From positions 1 through 64,000 of the IMG/VR virus record IMGVR_UViG_3300042474_001185: 64,000 bases of DNA. One strand, given 5' to 3'. The position numbers were made by a program, and so were the translations under genes. The notes under the pieces were generated by a model, which ran no database searches, had not been told where the DNA came from, and saw only the letters and a program-made list of their open reading frames with translations. This document shows, piece after piece, positions 47,603 through 56,204 of the stretch. Numbering within the stretch: position 1 is the first letter of the stretch; every line of letters begins with the position of its first letter. The DNA is from a virus.

Positions 47603-48472
47603 ATGAATGTAACGATAACATATACTTCACTTGGTGTGGATTCTGGATTTAATTATAATCTAACAGCAAATGTAGGTTCAGTAACACCATCAACTGCAAC
47701 AAAAACGGAATTGTTAGCTGGTAAACTTGTGACTGTTGATGATACTGCTACTAATGTTACTATTACATCTACGGGAACTTGTACTAACGCAAGTACGTTA
47801 AGTATAACAGGTATCCCAACAACTACTACAACCACAACTACAACAACGACAACAACTACAACAACTACAACAACTACGGCAGCACCAACTACAACAACCG
47901 CCGCACCAACAACTACAACCGCAGCACCAACAACAACTACTGCAGCACCAACTACTACAACGGCAGCTCCATTAAATCAAGTAAACTATGGATATGATGC
48001 TTCCGATCCTGATGTGGCTTGTACAAATTTTGAAACCTTTACTTTTTTCGCATTGTTTAATAATAATAATGACCCTTCTGCAAATGGTGTAATTGTGTGG
48101 ACAAATAACAACGGAACTGGAACTCCTGCTAATGGATATTATGCTAGAGGTGGTAATGTATGGTATATGACTGGTGGAGTATTAGGAAGTCAAGCAGTAT
48201 GTTATAGTGGAACACCTACAACTACTACAACCGCAGCTCCAACTACAACCGCAGCACCACCACAAGATTATTATGATTATGAAAGATGTGTTAATCCAAA
48301 TGCATATGAGGGTGGAATTTATAGTATTGGCTTAAATTCGGGAGATTCGCCACCATCAACAATTTTAGTGAGTGGAGATTGTCATAGTATAGTATCATAC
48401 ACACCATCGGCATTTGCTAGTTATACAACCCCTGTATATAGCATACCATCACCTGCGTGTGCTTGTATATAA
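47603..48472 (+). CDS. Mucin-like Thr/Pro/Ala-rich modular protein 2
   Basis: Run of 20 Thr then 4 x AAPTTTT; has the same AC...NGYY...C module as protein 1. Confidence 0.75.
   Translation: MNVTITYTSLGVDSGFNYNLTANVGSVTPSTATKTELLAGKLVTVDDTATNVTITSTGTCTNASTLSITGIPTTTTTTTTTTTTTTTTTTTTAAPTTTTAAPTTTTAAPTTTTAAPTTTTAAPLNQVNYGYDASDPDVACTNFETFTFFALFNNNNDPSANGVIVWTNNNGTGTPANGYYARGGNVWYMTGGVLGSQAVCYSGTPTTTTTAAPTTTAAPPQDYYDYERCVNPNAYEGGIYSIGLNSGDSPPSTILVSGDCHSIVSYTPSAFASYTTPVYSIPSPACACI
47819..47971 (+). repeat. Poly-Thr (ACN)20 plus 4 x 21-bp AAPTTTT repeat
   Basis: Read directly from the sequence. Confidence 0.9.
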
Positions 48473-48518
48473 AATTAAAAATATTAATATAAGATAATTA
48501 TATATACAAATAAAGGTT

Positions 48519-49463
48519 ATGAAGAATTTACGTTTCGTATGTGCTCAACCCGCAATTCCATATTACACTTGGCAGGTTGAAGTAATGATACACAATTTTA
48601 TTGAAATGGGAGTTAATCCAAACAATATGGATATAGTTTGTTATGCGGCAAATGGAATAGTACCTCCTGATTGGAGAAAGTTAGCAGACAAATACAACTA
48701 TGTTAGATTTTTCTTTTATGATGATACAAGACGAAATAGAGGATATACATCATCCATAAGACCTAATATATTAAAACAACATTGGAAAGCTAGACCTGAA
48801 ATACATGATGATGTAATTTTTTATCATGATTGTGATATTGCCTTCACAAAACCAATTGGAGAATGGATAACGGACGAAATGATTAATGATAATAATTGGT
48901 ATGGTTCGGATTGTAGATGGTACATATCTTATTCTTATATAAAATCAAAAGGAAATGATGTATTAAGTGCTATGTGTTCACTAATGGAAATTGATGAAAA
49001 GGTTGTTGAAGATAATGAACTAAATGGAATTGGTGCACAATATATAATGAAAGGTATATCCGAAAAATATTGGGAAACAATAGAAATGGATTGTGAAAAG
49101 TTATTTGTTAATATTACAGAGTTAAATAGAATTAAAGTAGAACAAGACCCAACACACCATTCATTACAAATATGGTGTGCTGATATGTGGGCTGTTTTAT
49201 GGAACGCTTGGAAGATGGGATATAAAACAATATGTCATCCTAATTTAGAATTCAGCTGGGCAACATCTCCTGAAAATTTATGGGATAAATGTAATATATT
49301 TCATAACGCAGGTGCTACAACTTCAAAGGATGGATTGTTTTACAAAGCAGAATATATGAACAAATTACCATATAATGAAAATTTAAATATTAAAGAAGGA
49401 ACTACTTCATATGAGTATTGGAAACTAATACAAAAAACAGCAAAAAAATCAGTATTGATATGA
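48519..49463 (+). CDS. GT-A glycosyltransferase resembling peptidyl O-glycosyltransferases (plant SGT1/HPAT, GT96/GT95-like)
   Basis: YYTWQVEVMIHNF, SIRPNILKQHW, YHDCDIAFTKP (DxD), IGAQYIM, WCADMWA, IFHNAG. Confidence 0.6.
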   Translation: MKNLRFVCAQPAIPYYTWQVEVMIHNFIEMGVNPNNMDIVCYAANGIVPPDWRKLADKYNYVRFFFYDDTRRNRGYTSSIRPNILKQHWKARPEIHDDVIFYHDCDIAFTKPIGEWITDEMINDNNWYGSDCRWYISYSYIKSKGNDVLSAMCSLMEIDEKVVEDNELNGIGAQYIMKGISEKYWETIEMDCEKLFVNITELNRIKVEQDPTHHSLQIWCADMWAVLWNAWKMGYKTICHPNLEFSWATSPENLWDKCNIFHNAGATTSKDGLFYKAEYMNKLPYNENLNIKEGTTSYEYWKLIQKTAKKSVLI

Positions 49464-50425
49464 GTAAATCTTATAGTGTATTTGTTGATGATAAATATTA
49501 TTATGACTTTGTAGCATTATATAATAGTTGGAAATATTATGAAAGTAAAATCCCAATTAAAGTTTATATTGCTGGCGATTTGAGTGAAGAAAGAAGAATC
49601 GCTTTGGAAAAAATAGTAAAAGTTATTAACGTAAGTAGTGATGGTTATGGATATCCGCACTTTAAAGGAAAGTACTTATTTAAATGGATTGGCTTATCAA
49701 AGTATATGGATGATTATGAAATACTATTAGATGCCGATACATTATTTTTATCTAATATTGATTTTCTATTTGATGAATTGGAAAAAGGAAAATTTATAGG
49801 AGCTAGAGAGCATGTAGATGTTATACACAATTCATATGTAACCAATGATGAATGGCCAGATGAATGTATGAGAATAAGAAATCAATTGAAAAAATATATA
49901 GGCGATGTGGCTGATAATTATGTAGAAGATTTAATAACACCAACATATAATGCAGGACTTATTGGATTTAGTAAAGTTCATCATAAATTTTTATTAGATA
50001 AATCCATAGAAATATTAACAAGTGATTTTCACACTGATAAAAATCCAATATCACACTTAGAGCAATATATGATGAATTTATTATTACAATTATATTCAAT
50101 AGATATTCATATTTTACCTCAATTAGAATGGATGAATACATGGCATTGGCATCTTAATCCAAAAAAGATACTAAAAATAGAAGATAGTAAATTTGCATTG
50201 TATAATGATGGAGGTAATAAAATAAATTTTTATCATTTTACAGGAGGTATTGGTTTAGTTGACCCGATTGATAAGATAATGAAACCATGCAGAATGCATC
50301 AGATATACGAATCTCAAGTCTACGAATCTCAATTTAAACGAGACGATGTTGAGAAACTTTGGTATAGTAGATATCAAAATCCAGTAATTTTATTATACGA
50401 ACACTTTGCAAATAAAGGGTTATAA
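49460..50425 (+). CDS. GT8-like glycosyltransferase
   Basis: LLDADTLF, YNAGLI, EQYMMN, FYHFTG; start taken as ATG 49460. Confidence 0.75.
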   Translation: MSKSYSVFVDDKYYYDFVALYNSWKYYESKIPIKVYIAGDLSEERRIALEKIVKVINVSSDGYGYPHFKGKYLFKWIGLSKYMDDYEILLDADTLFLSNIDFLFDELEKGKFIGAREHVDVIHNSYVTNDEWPDECMRIRNQLKKYIGDVADNYVEDLITPTYNAGLIGFSKVHHKFLLDKSIEILTSDFHTDKNPISHLEQYMMNLLLQLYSIDIHILPQLEWMNTWHWHLNPKKILKIEDSKFALYNDGGNKINFYHFTGGIGLVDPIDKIMKPCRMHQIYESQVYESQFKRDDVEKLWYSRYQNPVILLYEHFANKGL

Positions 50426-50436
50426 AACAAAAACAT

Positions 50437-51465
50437 ATGACAATAAAAGAACAATTTCAAACTTACAAAATTCATCAATTACAATTAGACCCATATGGTG
50501 TATGTAATGCTAGATGCTGGTTCTGTCCAGTAAAATATAAAGGAAACCCAGCGGAAGGGAAAGAAGTGATGAGTGTTGAATTATTAGAAAAAATAATTAA
50601 AAATCTTATTGATGAAAGAGATAGAGAAGATGGTTTAGTACATAAACATTTTGGAGGATTTTATACAGCACATTATAACGAAATTCTTTTATATCCACAC
50701 TTTGAACAATTATTACAAATCTGCCAAAAATATAGATTATGTTTTATGGTATTATCCAATGGAGTTCCTTTGACTCCTGACAAGGTTGATTTAATTGTAA
50801 AATACAAAGGTGTTGTAAATGGTATATGTCTAAATATTCCAGCATTTGAACCTGAAGTTTGGAGTTTAAGAAGTGGTATAAACATAAAGCAATTTGATAA
50901 ACTAATATCTAATGTAAAATATGCTATGGAACAACTACCTGATATGGTACAAAACAAATCATTCTCAATTCAAATAAATGGTTCTAGTGAACATTCTTTT
51001 AGTGATAAGGGTGGTTGGTTAGATAAGGGTATTGAATTTCCAACTGATATAGATTTGGACCCAGTTACTGGTGAGTTAGCTAAGCAAACCCAAATAGCTA
51101 AAAATTTATTTGAAGGTTTACAAATATATCCATGTGCATCTTTAATTGATAGAGCTGGTTTGTTGGACCATATAATGACTAATAAAGAAGCAATAAAAAG
51201 AAACTTACAGCATGGAGATGAAACTAAAAAAGTTATTGGATGTGGTAATGGTAGAGAAGTAGGTGGTAGACCTGTTGGTTGGATTCATGTAAACGCAGCG
51301 GGTAAAGTATTCCTTTGTTGTAATGACTATGATATGGAAGTTCAGTTTGGAGATTTTAAAACGCAAGAATTAAGTGAATTCTGGGGAAGTACAGAGCACC
51401 AAAGAAAAGTGCAAAAATCATACGATACGATTTGTAGAGGATGTGCTTCGGCTATTTTTGAATAA
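50437..51465 (+). CDS. Radical SAM enzyme with SPASM/twitch domain
   Basis: CNARCWFC; C-terminal C...G.VFLCCND...G...C..C. Confidence 0.88.
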   Translation: MTIKEQFQTYKIHQLQLDPYGVCNARCWFCPVKYKGNPAEGKEVMSVELLEKIIKNLIDERDREDGLVHKHFGGFYTAHYNEILLYPHFEQLLQICQKYRLCFMVLSNGVPLTPDKVDLIVKYKGVVNGICLNIPAFEPEVWSLRSGINIKQFDKLISNVKYAMEQLPDMVQNKSFSIQINGSSEHSFSDKGGWLDKGIEFPTDIDLDPVTGELAKQTQIAKNLFEGLQIYPCASLIDRAGLLDHIMTNKEAIKRNLQHGDETKKVIGCGNGREVGGRPVGWIHVNAAGKVFLCCNDYDMEVQFGDFKTQELSEFWGSTEHQRKVQKSYDTICRGCASAIFE

Positions 51466-51497
51466 TTAAAAAAATAATACTTATAAAAAACTAAGTT

Positions 51498-51968
51498 ATG
51501 ATATATTGGTTTACGGGTCAACCCGGTGCAGGTAAGACGGTATTAGGTACTAAGTTAAAAGACTTTTTACAAACCGAAAAGAGAAATTGGAGAAAGGATG
51601 TATTCCATATTGACGGAGATGATTTAAGAGAATTGACTCTTAATAAAGATTACACAGAACAAGGTAGAATTCAAAACATTAAGAATGCACAATTATTAGC
51701 ATATTTCCTACAAGCTAATGAGTGTGATGTTGTTGTTTCTTTAGTCGCACCATATAAAGAATTAAGAGAGGAATTTAAAAAAATATGTGCGGATAATATA
51801 ATTGAAATTTATGTTCATACTAATCGTAAAAGACAAAGAGAACAATTTAAAGTAGAGGGATACGAAGCACCTGAAACGAACTTCTTTGATATGGATACAA
51901 CATCTGATAATCCAACACAATCTTTTACAAAATTAATACATCACTTAAGAGAAATAGATAAATTATAA
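51498..51968 (+). CDS. cysC: Adenylyl-sulfate (APS) kinase
   Basis: IYWFTGQPGAGKT, IDGDDLR, VSLVAPY...RE, EIYV, YEAPE. Confidence 0.88.
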   Translation: MIYWFTGQPGAGKTVLGTKLKDFLQTEKRNWRKDVFHIDGDDLRELTLNKDYTEQGRIQNIKNAQLLAYFLQANECDVVVSLVAPYKELREEFKKICADNIIEIYVHTNRKRQREQFKVEGYEAPETNFFDMDTTSDNPTQSFTKLIHHLREIDKL

Positions 51969-51972
51969 AGTT

Positions 51973-52332
51973 ATGAAAAAATACGCAATGTACATTGGAA
52001 GATGGCAAAATTGGCACAAAGGACATGAGTGGTTAATAAACCAACAATTAGAAAAAGGTAAAAACGTTTGGGTAGCAATTAGAGATGTTCAGCAAGATGA
52101 GAACAATCCAAAGACGGCTCAACAAATCCTAAAAGAATTATCAGCAGAACCATTTTTTACAAACAATTTTGATAAGATTTTGTTATCTATTATTCCTGAT
52201 ATTGAATCGGTGAACTATGGCAGAGGTGTAGGATATGATGTAATTTATCACGAACCACCTGCAGATGTAGCTGTAATTAGTGGTACTGCTATCCGTAATG
52301 GAGAAATGAAATCAGATGGTAGTTCAACGTAA
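51973..52332 (+). CDS. Minimal HxGH nucleotidyltransferase (cytidylyltransferase-like)
   Basis: IGRWQNWHKGH, YGRGVGY, ISGTAIR. Confidence 0.8.
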   Translation: MKKYAMYIGRWQNWHKGHEWLINQQLEKGKNVWVAIRDVQQDENNPKTAQQILKELSAEPFFTNNFDKILLSIIPDIESVNYGRGVGYDVIYHEPPADVAVISGTAIRNGEMKSDGSST

Positions 52333-52525
52333 GAGACATATAGCTAAGACCATCTCATATCGTATTTTAAGTACGCTTATAGGGTTTTGTATAATGTGGT
52401 GGGTAAGTGGTTCAATCAAAGTTGGAGCGGCATTTGGGGTAGCAGAATTGATTTATAAACCCATCCAATACTACATTCACGAAAGAATTTGGTATAAGTG
52501 GATAAAATATGGATTGAAAAAATAA
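52316..52525 (+). CDS. DUF2061-like small membrane protein
   Basis: RHIAKTISYR...YYIHERIW. Confidence 0.8.
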   Translation: MVVQRKRHIAKTISYRILSTLIGFCIMWWVSGSIKVGAAFGVAELIYKPIQYYIHERIWYKWIKYGLKK

Positions 52526-52570
52526 AATTGATATACTTATATGTAGAAATACAAAATAGTATATCAATTT
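52525..52570. promoter_or_regulatory. 13-bp perfect inverted repeat overlapping an ATACTTATA motif, ending 6 nt before ATG 52577
   Basis: AAATTGATATACT (52525-52537) / AGTATATCAATTT (52558-52570). Confidence 0.65.
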
Positions 52571-52576
52571 AGTTAT

Positions 52577-53137
52577 ATGGAAGATGAAGAAGTAAAAGGG
52601 TTTCCTAATTTTGACCCAACGAAAGATTTATCATTAGCACCTCAAAAGAGAACAAAGAGAGGATTGGGTGCTAGACCTTTATTAGAAAGTGAAATAAAGG
52701 CTATACAAAAGAAAGCCCGTTCAGCGGCTGAAGCAGCAAGATTATTAGGTGTATCGTACAACACATACAAAAAGTACGCAAGAGAATATAAAGTATTTGA
52801 TGATTTAAAGAATCCATCTGGTATTGGTATTCGTAAAGGTACTCAAACTAGTGGTGGATTCCATGCATTGGATGATGTATTAAATGGAAAATATCCGAAT
52901 TACCCAGTTTGGAAATTAAAAAAGAGATTATTACTTAATTCATATATGGAAGAAAAGTGTAATAATTGTGGATTTTGTGAAAGGAGGGTAACAGACCATA
53001 GAGTTCCATTGATTTTGGACTTTTTGGATGGAAATCGTAAGAATTTCGCATATGAAAACCTTAGAATGTTATGTTTTAACTGTTCGTTCCTAATAAATGG
53101 AAATCTTACAGGTCCTAGAAAAGAATATGAGTATTAA
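52577..53137 (+). CDS. HTH plus degenerate HNH zinc-finger protein
   Basis: SAAEAARLLGVSYNTYKKYA (HTH); CNNC...LDFLDGNRKN...NLRMLCFNCS (HNH scaffold lacking both His). Confidence 0.7.
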   Translation: MEDEEVKGFPNFDPTKDLSLAPQKRTKRGLGARPLLESEIKAIQKKARSAAEAARLLGVSYNTYKKYAREYKVFDDLKNPSGIGIRKGTQTSGGFHALDDVLNGKYPNYPVWKLKKRLLLNSYMEEKCNNCGFCERRVTDHRVPLILDFLDGNRKNFAYENLRMLCFNCSFLINGNLTGPRKEYEY

Positions 53138-53169
53138 TTTGGTAGATTCAGAAAATTATCGTATATTTA
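53138..53169 (+). promoter_or_regulatory. Bacteroidota-type promoter
   Basis: TTTG-N20-TATATTTA upstream of ATG 53197. Confidence 0.7.
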
Positions 53170-53196
53170 CATAAATCAAATTTAAAACAATAAATT

Positions 53197-53418
53197 ATGG
53201 CAAAGTATTTTGAAGTTACAGTGACCGTTCAACACGAAGTAGATGGCGGCAAAGGTGGTACAAAAATTAAGAAAGTAAAAGAAAGTTATTTAGTAGATGC
53301 TATGACCGTTACGGAAGCAGAAGCTAGAGTAGTTAAAGAATTCGAATCAGCAGGTGTAAGCTTAGAGTATGAAGTATCAGCTGCAAGAGAATCTAAAATC
53401 TTACAAGTAATTCAATAA
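53197..53418 (+). CDS. DUF4494-like protein (Bacteroidota-associated)
   Basis: KKVKESYLVDAMTVTEAEARV motif. Confidence 0.75.
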   Translation: MAKYFEVTVTVQHEVDGGKGGTKIKKVKESYLVDAMTVTEAEARVVKEFESAGVSLEYEVSAARESKILQVIQ

Positions 53419-53675
53419 TGGGAATCGAAACAAAAATCGAAGAAGTTAAAGAAGTAATAATGAAAAGAGTTCCACCGGGTGATAGATGGTCACCTGTGGA
53501 TTCTCCTTCTGTTACTTTGGATAGTTTGACTGATGCATTGGAATATCATTTCCAAAACACAGGCCAAACTGAATTTTTCTTGTCTGCTAGAAAGGGTACT
53601 GTAGAGGTTATCCACAAACAAGAAGTTAAATTTGAGAAACCTGTTAAAAGGTATTCTCTATATGATGAGGATTAA
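53418..53675 (+). CDS. Hypothetical protein
   Basis: 85-aa ORF with TAATG overlap. Confidence 0.55.
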   Translation: MGIETKIEEVKEVIMKRVPPGDRWSPVDSPSVTLDSLTDALEYHFQNTGQTEFFLSARKGTVEVIHKQEVKFEKPVKRYSLYDED

Positions 53676-53736
53676 AAATCGTTATGTTTACTAAAAAACA
53701 TAATACTTATATAAATAACATAAAAAACAAACAATT

Positions 53737-53988
53737 ATGAGTACATTCGCTATCGTAGTATTGGTTATCGCAATCGGTGCCGTTGCTACATTTATCGCTA
53801 TGAAAAAGGGTACAATCGCAGACGCAAACAACAACAACATTCCAGATGCAATTGAAGAAAAAGTTGCTGAAGTAAAAGAAGTTGCTAAGAAAGTAAAAGC
53901 AGTTGCTGAAAAAGCTACTAAAGTTGCAAAGACCGTTGTAGTAGAAAAGAAAGCTACAAAGAAGCCAGCAGCTAAGAAAACAAAATAG
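53737..53988 (+). CDS. Small membrane-anchored protein with Lys/Ala-rich tail
   Basis: N-terminal TM, DANNNNIPD, tail KKATKKPAAKKTK. Confidence 0.65.
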   Translation: MSTFAIVVLVIAIGAVATFIAMKKGTIADANNNNIPDAIEEKVAEVKEVAKKVKAVAEKATKVAKTVVVEKKATKKPAAKKTK

Positions 53989-54045
53989 TATAGAAATATA
54001 CGTCAATATGTTACGTTACACTTTACAACAAAAATGTAACAACAA

Positions 54046-54174
54046 ATGGCAAAGTCAGTAGGTTCAGCAAACAAAGTATCTTTCGGTAAAAGAAAGACTG
54101 GAAAGATTAATGGTAGAAAATCATACGGCCCTAAATCACAAGCACCTAAGAGGTACAAAGGACAGGGGAAGTAA
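54046..54174 (+). CDS. 42-aa basic protein (below the ORF-track cutoff)
   Basis: MAKSVGSANKVSFGKRKTGKINGRKSYGPKSQAPKRYKGQGK*; the K.Y.GQG ending recurs in small basic proteins of T4-like phages. Confidence 0.6.
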   Translation: MAKSVGSANKVSFGKRKTGKINGRKSYGPKSQAPKRYKGQGK

Positions 54175-54190
54175 TTAAAATAAAGAAGTT

Positions 54191-54601
54191 ATGAAAATTT
54201 GGTTATGGAGATTACTCGGACTATTGTTCGTAGGTTGCGCATACATCGGAGCTATTGTTCCTGGCGTACCTATGACAACATTTGTAATCTTAGCAGCATG
54301 GGCATTCGCTAAGAGTTCACCAAAGTTAAATCATTGGTTGCATACTCACCCAACATTCTCACCATATCTTATTAGATGGGAGGAAAAAAGCATTTATCCA
54401 ACGAAAGTTAAATGGATAATGGCTATTACTATGGTTGTAAGTTATTCCATTTTACTATTCACATTACATAAACCAGCAGCACTTATTGGTATTGGTTGCT
54501 TTATGTTATTTTGGGTAGTATGGGCTTGGAGATATCCGGGTTCAGAAGAAGAATATGAGCGTAGAAAGAAAGCTGGAGAGAAAATTGGTTGGACAAAATA
54601 G
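54191..54601 (+). CDS. ybaN: YbaN/DUF454 inner-membrane protein
   Basis: IGAIVPGVPMTTFVILAAWAFAKSSPKLNHWL..HP.F. Confidence 0.85.
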   Translation: MKIWLWRLLGLLFVGCAYIGAIVPGVPMTTFVILAAWAFAKSSPKLNHWLHTHPTFSPYLIRWEEKSIYPTKVKWIMAITMVVSYSILLFTLHKPAALIGIGCFMLFWVVWAWRYPGSEEEYERRKKAGEKIGWTK

Positions 54602-54612
54602 TTTAATCTAAT

Positions 54613-55380
54613 ATGGAAGATGTTACACTTATCATTCAAGGAAGATTGACACAAGAAACATATGATTTTTATCTAAAGACTTGTACCAATTTTCCTGTTC
54701 TTATTTCCACATGGGTGGATTGTAAAATAGATTTCTCTAGTTTACCACCTAATTTTTTAGTAATATTATCACAAATTCCTGAAGAGCCTGGTGCTCAAAA
54801 TTTTCATTATCAAACTGTTTCTACTTTAACTGCATTAGAAAGAATAAAAACAAAGTATGCAATTAAAGTGAGAGGTGATGAATTTTATTCAAATTTGCAA
54901 TATATTCATAATGTATTAAGAGTAGATCCCGATAAAATACATTCTGCTCCGGTATTTTTTAGAGCGTGGCAGTACTCGGAATATCATATATCAGACCATG
55001 TTATAGCTGGTACAACTGAAAATCTATTGATTATGTTTAGAGCATGTAAGCACAACTTTGATACTGGTAAGATGAATGTTTCAAAATGGAAAATTGATGG
55101 AAACTTTCATAAATACGTTACAACTCATGCACCCGAAGAACGAATAACTAAATCTTATTTAGATGCTAAAGCTCCTGATAAGTTTGAAAGAGTTGATGGT
55201 AGAATATTAATGAAAGAATATTTTGATATATTAGATTTAAATTTATTAAAACCATACAAAGTAAAAGCAAATTTATTTAGAGTAGAATGGTATGATAACT
55301 TCCTTCCAGAAGCAAATTATAGTATATCAACCATAGACCAATTATTTAGTGATGACCCATATAAAATACCAAACCAATGA
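54613..55380 (+). CDS. WavE-like polysaccharide biosynthesis protein
   Basis: VTLIIQG, LISTW, NFHYQTVST..AL, YAIKVRGD, YHISDH, PEE. Confidence 0.7.
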   Translation: MEDVTLIIQGRLTQETYDFYLKTCTNFPVLISTWVDCKIDFSSLPPNFLVILSQIPEEPGAQNFHYQTVSTLTALERIKTKYAIKVRGDEFYSNLQYIHNVLRVDPDKIHSAPVFFRAWQYSEYHISDHVIAGTTENLLIMFRACKHNFDTGKMNVSKWKIDGNFHKYVTTHAPEERITKSYLDAKAPDKFERVDGRILMKEYFDILDLNLLKPYKVKANLFRVEWYDNFLPEANYSISTIDQLFSDDPYKIPNQ

Positions 55381-55802
55381 TACTAATATCGCATAGAGGA
55401 AACATAGATGGTAAAATACCTGAATACGAAAACAATCCAAATTATATACAAGCTGCATTAGAGTTAGGTTACGATGTAGAAGTTGATGTATGGTTTGTTG
55501 ATGGTAAGTTTATGTTAGGACATGATGAACCGCAATACGAAACTGATTATAAGTTTTTGATGAACGAAAAGTTATGGTGTCATGCTAAACACTTGGATGC
55601 ATTGTTTGAAATGAAAAAATATGCAATTCATTACTTTTGGCATGAAACTGATACCGTAGCACTTACATCTAAAAATTATGTTTGGGCATATCCTGGTAAG
55701 CAACCAATCAAAGGAAGTATAGCTTGTATGCCTGAATTGGAAAATGATAATGTACTACTTTGTAAAGGTATTTGTTCTGATTATATAAAAAGGTATAGGT
55801 AA
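55377..55802 (+). CDS. Small GDPD/PLC-like phosphodiesterase
   Basis: ISHRGN, ENNP, GYDVEVDVW, LGHD, WCHAK, GICSD. Confidence 0.75.
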   Translation: MILISHRGNIDGKIPEYENNPNYIQAALELGYDVEVDVWFVDGKFMLGHDEPQYETDYKFLMNEKLWCHAKHLDALFEMKKYAIHYFWHETDTVALTSKNYVWAYPGKQPIKGSIACMPELENDNVLLCKGICSDYIKRYR

Positions 55803-56204
55803 ATGAATATATATCCTCCAGCTAAAGTTTATATAGCAAAAAGTAGTGTTCATGGCTGGGGTGTTTTTGCCAAAGAAATAATCTATGAAGGGGAGGTAAT
55901 AGAAGAAACCCCGTTATTAGACCTAAAGATTGAGAAAGGGTCACCATCATCGGTTTTATTAGATTATAGATTCAATTGGCCGCAAGGAAGTGGTAACAAT
56001 TGGGAAAAACAAGTTATACCTTGGGGATATGGTTGTTTATATAATCATTCCAACGAAGCTAATGCATATTGGCGCTCAAATTTGGAAAATGAAACTTTTG
56101 AATTTGTAGCAAATAGAGATATAGAAATTGATGACGAAATATTTACCTATTATGGTGGTGTTGAGTATTGGGAAGATGGTAGAACTAAAACAAATGTAGT
56201 ATAA
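55803..56204 (+). CDS. Stand-alone SET-domain methyltransferase
   Basis: HGWGVFAKE.I..GEVIE, YNHS...N, A.RDI...EIFTYY. Confidence 0.9.
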   Translation: MNIYPPAKVYIAKSSVHGWGVFAKEIIYEGEVIEETPLLDLKIEKGSPSSVLLDYRFNWPQGSGNNWEKQVIPWGYGCLYNHSNEANAYWRSNLENETFEFVANRDIEIDDEIFTYYGGVEYWEDGRTKTNVV

